64,000 nt of DNA from Candidatus Latescibacterota bacterium (GTDB taxonomy: Bacteria > Latescibacterota > UBA2968 > SICM01): contig CBDCJO010000002.1 in NCBI GenBank assembly GCA_965217865.1, forward strand, positions 1,856,001 to 1,920,000, read 5' to 3'. Positions 38,973-49,973 of this stretch are shown here, one piece after another. Numbering within the stretch: the first letter of the stretch is position 1; every line of letters begins with the position of its first letter. The notes below the pieces were generated by a model. That model did not search any database. It was not told the DNA's origin and worked only from the letters and a program-made list of their open reading frames with translations. The position numbers and the translations under genes are program-made.

Positions 38973-41423
38973 ATGGCCCTGAAGAAATCCCAACTCTACT
39001 CCTCACTCTGGCAAAGCTGCGACGAGCTGCGCGGCGGCATGGACGCCTCGCAGTACAAAGACTACGTCCTGACGCTGCTGTTCATGAAGTACGTCTCGGA
39101 TAAGCATGCCGGAAAGCCTGACCCGCTCATCGAGGTTCCCCATGGAGGCGGCTTTGCCGATATCGCGAAGCTGAAGGGCGACAAGGAGATCGGCGACAAG
39201 ATTAACAAGATCGTCGGCCGGCTCGCCGAAGCCAACGACCTCAAGGGGGTCATCGATCAGGCTGACTTCAACGACGAGAGCAAGCTCGGCGCCGGCAAGG
39301 AAATGCAGGACCGGCTCTCCAAACTGGTGGCCATATTCGATGGCCTCGACTTTCGAGCCAACCGCGCCGAGGGTGACGACCTGCTCGGCGACGCCTACGA
39401 GTACCTGATGCGGCACTTCGCCACGGAGTCGGGCAAGAGCAAGGGACAGTTCTACACTCCAGCGGAAGTCTCCCGGATCATGGCCCAAGTGGTCGGCATC
39501 GACGCCAACACACGTCAAGACCAGACGATCTACGATCCAACCTGTGGCTCCGGCTCGCTCTTGCTCAAAGCGACTGAAGAGGCGCCACGCGGTATCACCG
39601 TCTATGGCCAGGAGATGGACAACGCCACCTGGGCGCTGGCCCAGATGAACATGATCCTGCACGGCCACCCAACCGCCGAGCTGTGGCGCGGCAACACTCT
39701 GGCCGCTCCGTACTTCAAGAACAGGGACGACACCCTCAAAACCTTCGACTTCGCGGTGGCCAATCCGCCCTTCTCTGCCAAAGCTTGGTCCAACGGTCTG
39801 AATCCAGCGCACGACGAGTACGGACGCTTTGCGTTCGGCATCCCCCCGGCCAAGAACGGCGACTACGCCTTCCTCCTGCACTTCATCGCGTCGCTCAAGA
39901 GCAGGGGCAAGGGCGCGATCATCCTGCCGCACGGTGTGCTGTTCCGCGGCAACCGGGAGGCCGAAATCCGCAGAAACCTCATCCAGCGCGGACTCATCAA
40001 GGGCATTATCGGCCTGCCTCCCAACCTCTTCTACGGCACCGGCATCCCTGCATGCATCGTAGTTCTCGACAAGGAGAACTCCCACGCACGCACCGGCATC
40101 TTCATGATCGACGCGAGCAAGGGTTTCCTCAAGGACGGCAACAAGAACCGCCTGCGTGCACAGGACATCCACCAGATCGTGGACGTGTTCAACCGCCAAC
40201 TCGAGCTGCCGCGTTACGCACGCATGGTCCCGGTGGCCGAGATCGCCAACCCGGTCAACGACTACAACCTCAACATCCCGCGCTACATAGACTCCAGCGA
40301 GCCTGAAGACGTGCACGACCTCGACGCCCACCTGAACGGCGGCATTCCCGACCGAGACATCAACTCGCTGGACGCCTACTGGACGATCTTCCCATCACTG
40401 CGCCAAGCGCTGTTCGAGGGTAATGGCCGAGCGGGCTACAGCGAGACTCGCGTTGAGACGAAGCAGGTGAAGGCCATTGTCTTCGGGCATGGCGAATTCA
40501 AGTCTTATGCGGATCGCGTTACGGCCATCTTCGACGCTTGGCGCCAGACCCACGAGCCACTCCTTTGGGAGCTCGAAGTCAACGCCCGCCCCAGGACAGT
40601 GATCGACACACTTTCTGAGGACCTGCTAGCGTGTTTCGTCGATCTGCCGCTCCTCAGCGCTTACGACGTGTATCAGCGATTGATGGACTATTGGGATGAT
40701 GTGATGCAGGACGACGTTTATCTAATCGCCGCCGACGGCTGGATCAAGGCAGCCCAACCGCGCGGGATCATCGAAGACAAGGAAAAGACGATCAAAGAGA
40801 CGCCGGATCTGACGATTAAGCGTAAGAAATACAGGATGGACCTTGTCCCACCGGCGCTGATCGTCGCGCGTCACTTCGCCACCGAGCAGGCCGTCATAGA
40901 GTCCCTACAGGTCAAGCAGGAGACGGTTTCCCGAGAGCTGGAAGAGTTCGTTGAGGAGCATACGGGCGAGGACGGCCTGCTCGAGGATGTCGTCAACGAC
41001 AAGGGGAAGGTCACCAAGGCCGGCGTGACGGGGCAACTCAAGGTCATCCAGGACGACGGTGAACCGGAGGGTGACGAGGAACGGGACGCCCTCACGCGCT
41101 GTCTAGCCCTCATCGAGGCCGAGTCGAAGGCGGTTAAGGCCGTCAAAGAGGCGCAGGCCGCGCTGGACCAGCGGGTGTTGTCCCGTTACGCCACGCTCAC
41201 CGAGACTGAGATCAAGACGCTGGTGGTCGAGGGCAAGTGGTTCGCCAGCATCCGGGCTGACATTGAGGGCGAGGTGCAGCGGCTGACCCAGCATCTTGCC
41301 GGGCGCGTGAATGAGCTGGAAGAGCGCTACGCTCGGCCGCTACCTGAGCTGGATCGGGAGGTTGGTGAGCTAGGCCTGAAGGTTGAAGGACACCTCAAGG
41401 TAATGGGCTTGGATTGGGCATGA
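38973..41423 (+). CDS. hsdM: Type I RM methyltransferase subunit (long C-terminal variant)
   Basis: LWQSCDELRG, GQFYTPAEV, YDPTCGSGSLL, ANPPF, PHGVLFRG, YNLNIPRYI. Confidence 0.95.
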   Translation: MALKKSQLYSSLWQSCDELRGGMDASQYKDYVLTLLFMKYVSDKHAGKPDPLIEVPHGGGFADIAKLKGDKEIGDKINKIVGRLAEANDLKGVIDQADFNDESKLGAGKEMQDRLSKLVAIFDGLDFRANRAEGDDLLGDAYEYLMRHFATESGKSKGQFYTPAEVSRIMAQVVGIDANTRQDQTIYDPTCGSGSLLLKATEEAPRGITVYGQEMDNATWALAQMNMILHGHPTAELWRGNTLAAPYFKNRDDTLKTFDFAVANPPFSAKAWSNGLNPAHDEYGRFAFGIPPAKNGDYAFLLHFIASLKSRGKGAIILPHGVLFRGNREAEIRRNLIQRGLIKGIIGLPPNLFYGTGIPACIVVLDKENSHARTGIFMIDASKGFLKDGNKNRLRAQDIHQIVDVFNRQLELPRYARMVPVAEIANPVNDYNLNIPRYIDSSEPEDVHDLDAHLNGGIPDRDINSLDAYWTIFPSLRQALFEGNGRAGYSETRVETKQVKAIVFGHGEFKSYADRVTAIFDAWRQTHEPLLWELEVNARPRTVIDTLSEDLLACFVDLPLLSAYDVYQRLMDYWDDVMQDDVYLIAADGWIKAAQPRGIIEDKEKTIKETPDLTIKRKKYRMDLVPPALIVARHFATEQAVIESLQVKQETVSRELEEFVEEHTGEDGLLEDVVNDKGKVTKAGVTGQLKVIQDDGEPEGDEERDALTRCLALIEAESKAVKAVKEAQAALDQRVLSRYATLTETEIKTLVVEGKWFASIRADIEGEVQRLTQHLAGRVNELEERYARPLPELDREVGELGLKVEGHLKVMGLDWA

Positions 41424-42763
41424 GTGAATCCTCTGTTCATCAAATAAAGCCGCTTGTGGGGTACAAGCAGACCGATCTCGGTCTACTTCCCAACTGCTGG
41501 GACTCAGTACTTATTGGCGACCTCTTTGTATTCAAGAACGGTCTAAATAAAGCCAAGCGTTTCTTTGGTACTGGGACACCCATCGTCAACTACATGGACG
41601 TATTTGAACGTCCGGGTCTTATGACAGACGACCTATCAGGGCGGGTAAACCTAAGTCCGGAGGAGATTAAGAACTTCGAGGTCCGACTGGGGGATGTGTT
41701 CTTTACTCGCACATCGGAAACAGTTGAGGATGTTGGCGTCGCATCCGTCATGCTCGACGAGCCCTGTGACACAGTATTTAGTGGTTTCGTTCTTCGTGCT
41801 CGGCCCCGCGATGGTCACCTCAACGACCGCTTTAAGCAGTATTGCTTCGCGACCAGAGCAATTAGATCTCAGATCGTATCAAATGCAACATACACAACGC
41901 GCGCCCTGACCAATGGTCGTACGCTGTCGGCTGTCAGGATCGCAGTACCCCCAAAGCCCGAACAACGCGCCATCACCGAGGCGTTGTCAGATGTGGATGG
42001 GCTGCTCGGTGCGCTGGATGGGCTGCTCGCCAAGAAGCGGGCCATCAAGCAGGAGGCCATGCAGCAGCTCCTCACCGGCAAGACCCGCCTACCGGGTTTC
42101 AGTAGGGAGTGGGAGACAACAACGCTCGGAGGAGTCGCAGACATAAGAAACGGAGCAACGCCAAGCACTCAGATTACTGCTTTTTGGAACGGGTCGATTC
42201 CGTGGTGCACGCCGACCGACATCACGAGTACGCTCGGAAAGTATCTCCTCACGACGGAGCGAAGTATCACTGCGGAGGGGTTGACCAGTTGTGCGGCAAG
42301 CCTGCTCCCTGCTGGTGCTCTTCTCCTATGTAGCCGCGCAACCATCGGGGAAATCAAGATTGCTGCATCGCCGGTGTGTACGAACCAAGGCTTCAAGTCG
42401 CTCGTCTGTAAAGATGGCGTATCTAACGAGTTTCTGTACTACCTCCTTGTGACCCTGAAGCCGCAGATGATCGAGCGGGCCATTGGGTCAACCTTCTTGG
42501 AAATCGGTAAGCGCGATGTGGCGGCTATCGAAGTGAGGTTGCCACCCTCCGATGAGCAATCCGCCATCGCCACCTTTCTCTCCGACATGGACGCAGAGAT
42601 CGCCGCGCTGGAGCGCCGCCGAGACAAGATCCGTGCCATCAAGCAAGGCATGATGCAGGCGCTGCTGACTGGCCGCGTGCGGTTGGTCAAACCCGAGTTG
42701 GCCGCAGATCAAGAGACAGAGACGAGCACGTCCGACTTGGGAGGTGCACGGGTCACAACATGA
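41420..42763 (+). CDS. hsdS: Type I RM specificity subunit
   Basis: Two TRDs with conserved PPKPEQRAI / PPSDEQSAI and MQQLLTGK / MQALLTGR regions. Confidence 0.93.
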   Translation: MSESSVHQIKPLVGYKQTDLGLLPNCWDSVLIGDLFVFKNGLNKAKRFFGTGTPIVNYMDVFERPGLMTDDLSGRVNLSPEEIKNFEVRLGDVFFTRTSETVEDVGVASVMLDEPCDTVFSGFVLRARPRDGHLNDRFKQYCFATRAIRSQIVSNATYTTRALTNGRTLSAVRIAVPPKPEQRAITEALSDVDGLLGALDGLLAKKRAIKQEAMQQLLTGKTRLPGFSREWETTTLGGVADIRNGATPSTQITAFWNGSIPWCTPTDITSTLGKYLLTTERSITAEGLTSCAASLLPAGALLLCSRATIGEIKIAASPVCTNQGFKSLVCKDGVSNEFLYYLLVTLKPQMIERAIGSTFLEIGKRDVAAIEVRLPPSDEQSAIATFLSDMDAEIAALERRRDKIRAIKQGMMQALLTGRVRLVKPELAADQETETSTSDLGGARVTT

Positions 42764-44769
42764 ACACCCTCCGTATTTTCGTTAGCAGTGTGCAGGGTGA
42801 GTTCGCTGAAGAGCGAGCGGTATTGCGAGACTACGTCCGTGAAGACGTGTTGATGCGGCAGTTTTTTGACGTGTTCCTGTTTGAGGATGCCCCGGCATCT
42901 GATCAACGGCCCGACGAGCTCTATCTGGACGAAGTTGAACGGTCCGACATCTATGTGGGGTTATTTGGTAGGGACTACGGGACCGAGGACGATGAGGGGA
43001 TTTCGCCGACGGAGCGGGAGTTCGACCGCGCGACCACCATAAGCACGCATCGCCTGATATTCCTGAAGGGCATGGATGACGACGCCCGGAATCCTAAAAT
43101 GCTCGCACTGATCGACAAGGCCCAGGCTGGGCTGATTCGGAAGCGATTCAACACGCCTGAAGAGCTGGAGGCCGGACTCTACGCAGCTTTGGTGGAATAC
43201 TTGGTAGTCAAGGAGCTGATCCGCTCCAGTCCTTTCGACGCGGCGCCTTGCTCTAAGGCGACGCTGGACGATCTCGACATCGAAAGAATGGTCCGATTTA
43301 TCCGCACGGCGCGCAGAGCCCGGCAGTTTCCGCTGACCGAAGACGCGCCCCCTGACGAACTACTGGAGCATCTGAACCTGCTGAACGAAGGGCGACCGAC
43401 GAACGCCGCAGTATTGCTGTTCGGGAAGCTGCCGCAGCGGTTTCTGATCTCCGCTGAGATCAGGTGCGCCCACTTCCACGGAACGGAGGTCGGCAAGCCG
43501 ATCCCGTCCTACCAGGTTTACAAGGGCACAGCGTTCGAGTTGGTCGATCAGGCGGTGGACTTTGTGCTCAGCAAGATCAACCGATCCATTGGCACACGGG
43601 CTGAAGACGTCCGAGCTCCCACAACCTATGAGATTCCGAAAGAGGTCGTGACCGAAGCTATCGTCAACGCGGTGGCCCACCGCGATTACACAGACAACGG
43701 CAGCGTGCAGGTCATGCTCTTCGCCGATCGGCTGGAGGTACGGAATCCAGGCAGACTCTCGCCGCCGCTGACACTCGATAAGCTGCGTGTCGCGCACAGG
43801 TCGGTACCCGCCAACCCCTTGCTGGCAGAGTCCTTATACCTTGCCGAATACATCGAACGGATGGGGACGGGAACACTGGACATGATCCGCAGGTGCGCCG
43901 AGGCCGATTTACCAGAGCCTGAGTTCGCCGTCACCGATGGATTTGTCGCGACAGTTCATCGGCCGCAGAGTCAAGTCTGCATTGTTACTGTGTACTACGG
44001 CCAAGAGCCACTGGCGGATGTCGACATACTGGTACTGTTTCCCAACGGAACCTGGAAACGCTCAACGACCAACGAACATGGAGAGGCAGATATTGAACTA
44101 CATTCCCTCCATCTGCCAATGACGGTGTTCGCGGCTGCGGTGGGCTTTGCTGCATGCACCGAATACGACTGGACGCCTGCGGAACGCGCACTCTCCTTGC
44201 AACTAAACTCGTTGGAGGACGGCGGCGCCGTCATCTTTCCTGAGGCGATTGGCGACCTTCCGGGGCTTAAAGGGAGACTGAACCCCATTCGCGACACCCA
44301 TGACCGCACCTATCTTTACGCCTCCAACATCGCCATCAACAGTGGCCAGCAGCAACCGGTTGAGTTCGTCCTCGGTGAGGAGCTGTGTCTCACTGATGCT
44401 GACGGGAACGAACTGCTGGCTCGCATCGTCGACATCGTAGGCCGATCAGCGTTGGTGGAGTATCGTGCGACTCAGGGTCAATCCAGGTTGCGGCCAGAGT
44501 CGCGGCCAGAGTCGCGGCCAGAGTCTCTAGAGGCGAAAGTGCTCAGCCTCTTGACGGCTGGACCGATGTCGAAGGCCGAGTTGTCCAGGAACCTGGGACA
44601 GAAGGAAATCTCTGGCCAGCTCAACAAGGTCGTCCGGCTGCTTATTGGTGACCGGAGGATCGAGTACACGCTGCCCGATAAGCCTCGAAGTCGGCTCCAG
44701 AAATATCGGCTGACGGACAAGGGACGGGCCGCCGTCGCAGACCCGAGGGCGGGGAGCGCAGAGTCATGA
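42760..44769 (+). CDS. DUF4062 + HATPase_c_4/RecG-C + unexplained insert + HTH protein inside the Type I RM operon
   Basis: RIFVSSVQGEFAEER, SDIYVGLFG, SPTEREF; EAIVNAVAHRDY, NPLLAE, IERMGTG; PRSRLQKYRLT tail. Confidence 0.8.
   Translation: MNTLRIFVSSVQGEFAEERAVLRDYVREDVLMRQFFDVFLFEDAPASDQRPDELYLDEVERSDIYVGLFGRDYGTEDDEGISPTEREFDRATTISTHRLIFLKGMDDDARNPKMLALIDKAQAGLIRKRFNTPEELEAGLYAALVEYLVVKELIRSSPFDAAPCSKATLDDLDIERMVRFIRTARRARQFPLTEDAPPDELLEHLNLLNEGRPTNAAVLLFGKLPQRFLISAEIRCAHFHGTEVGKPIPSYQVYKGTAFELVDQAVDFVLSKINRSIGTRAEDVRAPTTYEIPKEVVTEAIVNAVAHRDYTDNGSVQVMLFADRLEVRNPGRLSPPLTLDKLRVAHRSVPANPLLAESLYLAEYIERMGTGTLDMIRRCAEADLPEPEFAVTDGFVATVHRPQSQVCIVTVYYGQEPLADVDILVLFPNGTWKRSTTNEHGEADIELHSLHLPMTVFAAAVGFAACTEYDWTPAERALSLQLNSLEDGGAVIFPEAIGDLPGLKGRLNPIRDTHDRTYLYASNIAINSGQQQPVEFVLGEELCLTDADGNELLARIVDIVGRSALVEYRATQGQSRLRPESRPESRPESLEAKVLSLLTAGPMSKAELSRNLGQKEISGQLNKVVRLLIGDRRIEYTLPDKPRSRLQKYRLTDKGRAAVADPRAGSAES
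44490..44525 (+). repeat. 12-bp tandem repeat x3 (GCGGCCAGAGTC, encoding RPES)
   Basis: Read directly; in-frame linker before the HTH. Confidence 0.85.
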
Positions 44770-47700
44770 ACATCGTCGGCCAACGGGAGATCCACACGCA
44801 GCGGTGCGTGATCGATTTCTTTCACGACTTTCTCGGCTACGCCTATCTCGGTAACTGGAAGGATCGTTCTGACAACCGCAATGTCGAGGAGACGCTGCTT
44901 ACCCACTGGCTGACACGCCAGGGTCACAGCGACAAGATCATCGCCAGGGTGTTGTCCCAGCTAGACAAGGCAGCGGCACTCGGCGGTAGCAAGACGCTCT
45001 ACAACGCCAACCGCGAGGTCCACGGTCTGCTCCGCTACGGCGTGAAGGTCCAACCCGCAGCGGGCGAACAGATTATCACTGCATGGCTGATCGACTGGGC
45101 GAATCCGAGCAACAACGACTTCGCCATTGCCGAAGAAGTAACGGTCACCGGGAAGAACACCAAGCGTCCGGACCTCGTGCTCTACGTCAATGGCATCGCG
45201 CTGAGTGTGCTGGAGTTGAAGCGCTCCACGGTGTCCGTGACCGAGGGCATCCGTCAGAACCTCGACAGCCAGAAGAAGGAGTTCACTCGCCCGTTCTACG
45301 CCACCGTTCAGCTGGTGATGGCGGGCAACGACACCGAGGGACTGCGCTACGGCGTTATCGAGACGCCCGAGAAGTACTGGCTACGCTGGAAGGAAGCCGA
45401 TGCCCATCCGGCCGCCGGCGACAACCCTCTGCTCCGGGAACTGAGCAAACTGTGCAGCAAGGAGCGGCTCCTGGAGATTGTGCACGACTTCATTGTCTTC
45501 GACGCGGGCGTAAAGAAGATTTGTCGTCACAACCAGTACTTTGGGGTATGCGCGGCGCACGAACGCGTGCAACGCCGGGAGGGAGGCATCATCTGGCATA
45601 CCCAGGGTAGCGGGAAGAGCCTGACCATGGTCTGGCTGGCGAAATGGATTCGCGAGCACGTGACCAACGCACGAGTGCTGATCATCATCGACCGCACCGA
45701 GCTGGATGAGCAGATCGAGAAGGTCTTTAAGGGCGTCAGCGAGAACATCTACCGCACAAAGAGCGGCGACGACTTGGTGCGCGTGCTCAATGCCAGCGAC
45801 GAGTGGCTGACCTGCTCGCTAATCCAGAAGTTCGGCACATCAGAGGAAGGCGACATCGACGCTTTTCTAAAGGACATCCGAGAGCACCTACCCAAGGATT
45901 TCCACACTAAGGGCGAAATCTTCGTCTTCGTCGACGAATGCCATCGCACCCAGTCCGGCAAGCTCCACGATGCGATGAAAGCGCTGCTCCCAGGTGCGAT
46001 GCTGATCGGCTTCACTGGCACACCGCTGCTCAAGGAGGACAAACGGCGGAGTATCGAGACCTTCGGTCCGTATATCCACACCTACAAGTACGACGAGGCG
46101 GTGGACGACGGCGTGGTGCTGGATCTCCGCTACGAGGCCCGCGACATTGACCAAAACATTACTTCCCAAGCCAAGATCGATCAGTGGTTCGACCTCAAGA
46201 CGCGCGGTCTGACTGATGTGGCAAAGGCCCAGCTCAAACAGCGCTGGGGCACGATGCAGAAAGTAATGAGTTCACGGGACCGGCTGGAGACAATCGTTGC
46301 CGACATCTTGCTAGACATTGAGACGCGCGACCGGCTGAAGAGCGGCCACGGCAACGCGATGCTTGTCTCCGGCAGCATCTACTCTGCCTGTCGCTACTTC
46401 GAAATGTTTCAGCAGACCGATCTGGTGGGCAAATGCGCCATTGTGACCTCCTACAAGCCCGTTCCGGCAGACATCAAAGGCGAGGAGTCCGGTGAGGGTC
46501 TCACCGAGAAGCTGCGTAAGTATGGCATTTACCGAAAAATGCTTGCGGAGTATTTCAACGAGTCGGAAGACTCGGCGATGAACAAGATTGAGCAGTTCGA
46601 GCGGGAGGTGAAGAAACGCTTCGTCGACGAGCCGGGGCAAATGAAGCTTTTGATCGTCGTGGACAAGCTCCTGACCGGTTTCGACGCCCCCTCGGCGACC
46701 TATCTTTACATCGACAAGCAGATGCAGGACCATGGTCTGTTCCAGGCGATCTGCCGCGTTAACCGTCTCGACGGCGAGGACAAGGAATACGGCTACATCA
46801 TCGACTACAAGGACCTGTTCCGGTCACTGGAACAATCGATCAAGGACTACACAGGCGAGGCTTTTGCCGGCTACGATGAGGCCGACGTTAAGGGATTGCT
46901 GAAGGACCGGCTACAGCAGGGCCGGGAGCGCCTTGGGGAAGCACGCGAGGCCATCAAGGCGCTGTGCGAGCCGGTAGAGCCGCCATACAATACTGCGGCT
47001 TATCTGCGCTTTTTCTGCGCCGCCGAAAGCGGCAACGTTGGGCAACTCAAAGATAACGAACCAAAGCGCGTAGCACTCTACAAGCTGGCCACGGCGTTTC
47101 TTCGTGCCTACGCCAACTTGGCCAACGAGATGCACGAAGCCGGCTACTCTGAGGCCGAAGCACAGACGATCAAAGCCGAAGTGGGACACTACGAGAAGGT
47201 CCGCGTGGAGGTCAAGCTGGCGAGCGGCGATTACATCGACATGAAGATGTATGAGCCGGCCATGCGGCACCTGCTCGATACGTACATTCGGGCAGAGGAG
47301 AGCGAGGATCTCTCGGAGTTCGATGATTTGACGCTTGTCCAACTGATTGTCGAGCGCGGGGAAGCAGCGGTGGATGAGCTGCCGAGGGGGCTTCGTAAGA
47401 ACCGCGAAGCGATGGCTGAGACGATTGAGAACAATGTCCGACGGCTCATCATTGATGAAACAGCGGTCAATCCGAAGTACTACGAGAGGATGTCGCGGCT
47501 ACTGGACGCCCTGATCCTCCAGCGCAAGCAGGAAGCGCTCGACTACAAGGCTTACCTGGCGAGGATCGTTGAGCTGACCAAGAACGTCAGCAGACCAGAG
47601 ACCCAGTCGTCATATCCTTCGGGTATCAACACCACCGCACTCAGGTCGCTTTTCGACAACTTGGATGGCACACAGCTTCCGGGAGAGGCACCGGTGCACG

Positions 47701-47903
47701 ACGGCACTGAACCAACCGTGGATGTCAGGGAGGCAAAGGCGCTTGCCTTGGATAGCGCCATCCGAGGCGTAAAGAAAGCGGACTGGCGGGGAAACAAATT
47801 CAAGGAACGAGAGGTACGCAACGCCATCAAGTCAGAGCTCGGTGAAAATGTGGGTCTCGTAAGCACCATATTCGAAATCGCGAAGGCACAGAGTGGCTAC
47901 TAA
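44766..47903 (+). CDS. hsdR: Type I RM restriction subunit
   Basis: RPDLVLYVNG...LELK, WHTQGSGKS, DECHR, GFTGTP, LTGFDAP, QAICRVNR. Confidence 0.95.
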   Translation: MNIVGQREIHTQRCVIDFFHDFLGYAYLGNWKDRSDNRNVEETLLTHWLTRQGHSDKIIARVLSQLDKAAALGGSKTLYNANREVHGLLRYGVKVQPAAGEQIITAWLIDWANPSNNDFAIAEEVTVTGKNTKRPDLVLYVNGIALSVLELKRSTVSVTEGIRQNLDSQKKEFTRPFYATVQLVMAGNDTEGLRYGVIETPEKYWLRWKEADAHPAAGDNPLLRELSKLCSKERLLEIVHDFIVFDAGVKKICRHNQYFGVCAAHERVQRREGGIIWHTQGSGKSLTMVWLAKWIREHVTNARVLIIIDRTELDEQIEKVFKGVSENIYRTKSGDDLVRVLNASDEWLTCSLIQKFGTSEEGDIDAFLKDIREHLPKDFHTKGEIFVFVDECHRTQSGKLHDAMKALLPGAMLIGFTGTPLLKEDKRRSIETFGPYIHTYKYDEAVDDGVVLDLRYEARDIDQNITSQAKIDQWFDLKTRGLTDVAKAQLKQRWGTMQKVMSSRDRLETIVADILLDIETRDRLKSGHGNAMLVSGSIYSACRYFEMFQQTDLVGKCAIVTSYKPVPADIKGEESGEGLTEKLRKYGIYRKMLAEYFNESEDSAMNKIEQFEREVKKRFVDEPGQMKLLIVVDKLLTGFDAPSATYLYIDKQMQDHGLFQAICRVNRLDGEDKEYGYIIDYKDLFRSLEQSIKDYTGEAFAGYDEADVKGLLKDRLQQGRERLGEAREAIKALCEPVEPPYNTAAYLRFFCAAESGNVGQLKDNEPKRVALYKLATAFLRAYANLANEMHEAGYSEAEAQTIKAEVGHYEKVRVEVKLASGDYIDMKMYEPAMRHLLDTYIRAEESEDLSEFDDLTLVQLIVERGEAAVDELPRGLRKNREAMAETIENNVRRLIIDETAVNPKYYERMSRLLDALILQRKQEALDYKAYLARIVELTKNVSRPETQSSYPSGINTTALRSLFDNLDGTQLPGEAPVHDGTEPTVDVREAKALALDSAIRGVKKADWRGNKFKEREVRNAIKSELGENVGLVSTIFEIAKAQSGY

Positions 47904-48627
47904 GGTAAGAAGCCACAGGATAGACGTTCGAGGAACGCCAGTAGAGGTCGTCCGTAAGGACATCAAAAACCTCCATGTGGGTGTTTACCCACCGAGTGGC
48001 CGGGTGCGAGTGGCCGCACCGCTCTGCCTTGACGATGACGCCGTGCGCGTGGCTGTAATTTCACGCCTGGGATGGATTCGCCGGCAGCAGGCTGAATTCG
48101 TGCAGCAGGATCGCCAGACCCAGCGAGAATTTGTAACTGGCGAGAGTCATTACTTCGAGGGCCGGCGCTACCGGCTAGACGTGATTGAGCGTGAGAGTCG
48201 GCCGACTGTTCGCCTGCTCAACAACACAACAATTGCGTTACGCATTCGTCCAGGCTCCGATAGGAATACTCGCGAGGCTGTACTGCATCGGTGGTATCGC
48301 CGTCAGCTCAGAGCGCGCTTGCAAACGTTGCTCGCGAAATGGGAACCGAAGATCGGCGTCGGTGTGCCCGAGGTTCGTATCAGAAAGATGAAAACCCGTT
48401 GGGGGACGTGCAACAGTGACGCCGGAAGAATTTGGTTGAATCTTGAACTGGTGAAGAAGCAGGCATCCTGCATTGAGTACATCGTAGTGCACGAGATGTT
48501 TCACTTGATTGAACGCCATCACAATGAGCGGTTTTGGGATCTGATGGACCGGCACATGCCGCGGTGGCGCTTGCATAGGGACGAACTCAACCGTGCACCG
48601 CTCGCACACGAAGACTGGAAATACTGA
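47893..48627 (+). CDS. M48/YgjP (DUF45) zinc metallopeptidase-like protein
   Basis: MKTRWGTCN, IWLNLEL, VHEMFHL...HNERF; usual companion of hsdR. Confidence 0.88.
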   Translation: MATKVRSHRIDVRGTPVEVVRKDIKNLHVGVYPPSGRVRVAAPLCLDDDAVRVAVISRLGWIRRQQAEFVQQDRQTQREFVTGESHYFEGRRYRLDVIERESRPTVRLLNNTTIALRIRPGSDRNTREAVLHRWYRRQLRARLQTLLAKWEPKIGVGVPEVRIRKMKTRWGTCNSDAGRIWLNLELVKKQASCIEYIVVHEMFHLIERHHNERFWDLMDRHMPRWRLHRDELNRAPLAHEDWKY

Positions 48628-49072
48628 ATGCAATCGTCCGCTACCAACTGGGACCGCGAGCTAACTAACTGCGACTGCGGGAAGACTTCGCTATTCTGAA
48701 GGCTCAGGGACTGGCCAAATCCAAGGATTGCGGCCGGGAGGAACGATGTAACCGCCCGTAGAATTGTGAGGTTGTCTCATTTTTTCCGAGGGGATTAAAA
48801 GTATTAGGCTTGGTGGGAGAAGTGGAGTTGTGAATCTGAAGATTCTTTTTCCTTGACTTTCCCTTGAAAAAATGATGGGAATTCGGGAATAATATACATT
48901 TTCAACGGCTAATTACGTATATTATACCCATATTTCAGGATGGTATTCTATGACATATATACTATAGTTAAGTTTTGACTACGGTTGAGGAGTGACCCGA
49001 ACACGTTATTGATTAAGAAGGAGTAGACGTTACCCTTTTCCTAATGCCGGTGTTAGCCAAGGAGATGATAAC

Positions 49073-49501
49073 ATGGCTTCGGTGCGTGATGTTGCAGGAT
49101 ACACCCTTTCCATAACTGGGAAGATCACAACGTGGAAGCTTCAAAAACTCGTCTATTACTCTCAAGCGTGGCAACTTGTTTGGGATGAGGATCTATTGTT
49201 TGAAGAAGAAATAGAGGCGTGGGCAAACGGTCCAGTCTGCCCACGCCTCTATCAGATACACAAAGGCAACTTTTTTATCTCGACCGTGAGAAAGGCTGAG
49301 AGCAACAGGCTATCTAACGATCAGCGGGAAACCATAGACATAGTAGTTGACTATTATGGAAAGTACTCTGGCCAACAACTTAGTGACCTCACTCATTCTG
49401 AACTTCCGTGGCAACAAGCAAGAAAGGGGATTCCGTCTAGGGAAAGGGGGGACAGCGTTATCACACTTGAGTCTATGGCGGAGTACTATGGTTCCCTGTA
49501 A
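49073..49501 (+). CDS. Panacea (DUF4065/SocA-like) antitoxin
   Basis: KLQKLVYYSQAW, IEAWANGPV, LSDLTHSELPW. Confidence 0.85.
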   Translation: MASVRDVAGYTLSITGKITTWKLQKLVYYSQAWQLVWDEDLLFEEEIEAWANGPVCPRLYQIHKGNFFISTVRKAESNRLSNDQRETIDIVVDYYGKYSGQQLSDLTHSELPWQQARKGIPSRERGDSVITLESMAEYYGSL

Positions 49502-49973
49502 AAGGAGAAAAAACAAGGAGGTAAGATCGAAAAAAATTCCCCCTAAGGCTAAGAAAGTGCAGGAAGACGAGTACCTCTTCGGGGCAGACCAACTAACGAT
49601 TTGCTGGCACCTCGGCAAGTTTGACTGGGATGGGCCTTGGGGGGAAATGGCGTGTAAGAGCCTTGATTTCCGACACTTATTAGAAGAGACAATTTCGCAA
49701 TGGGAACGGATGACTTGGGCTGAAATCTATTCTGCCAGTGGTGGAAGGGCTAAAGGAAACAACAGTCATCCAGTCGATACATCTAGGATTTCTAGTAAAG
49801 CGAAGAAGCGACTGAGGTCAATTTATTTGGAAGACACTGAGAGTTTGGTATCACTTAGGATAAATTCTAGAACGAGGTTCTATGGAATCCGGGACAGGCG
49901 GTCATTTCAGTTTCTTTGGTATGACCCATGGCATCATATCAAGAATAAGTCCGTCTTCCCTACCCGGAGATGA
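49488..49973 (+). CDS. Putative toxin paired with Panacea (RelE-like fold suspected)
   Basis: Overlaps the antitoxin stop; basic protein with SLRINSRTRFYGIR...FLWYDPWH C-terminus. Confidence 0.6.
   Translation: MVPCKRRKNKEVRSKKIPPKAKKVQEDEYLFGADQLTICWHLGKFDWDGPWGEMACKSLDFRHLLEETISQWERMTWAEIYSASGGRAKGNNSHPVDTSRISSKAKKRLRSIYLEDTESLVSLRINSRTRFYGIRDRRSFQFLWYDPWHHIKNKSVFPTRR

Noticed and set aside
44490-44525. Phase-variable repeat
   Set aside because: The 12-bp unit preserves frame and such linker repeats are common in this protein family; it is not an on/off switch.
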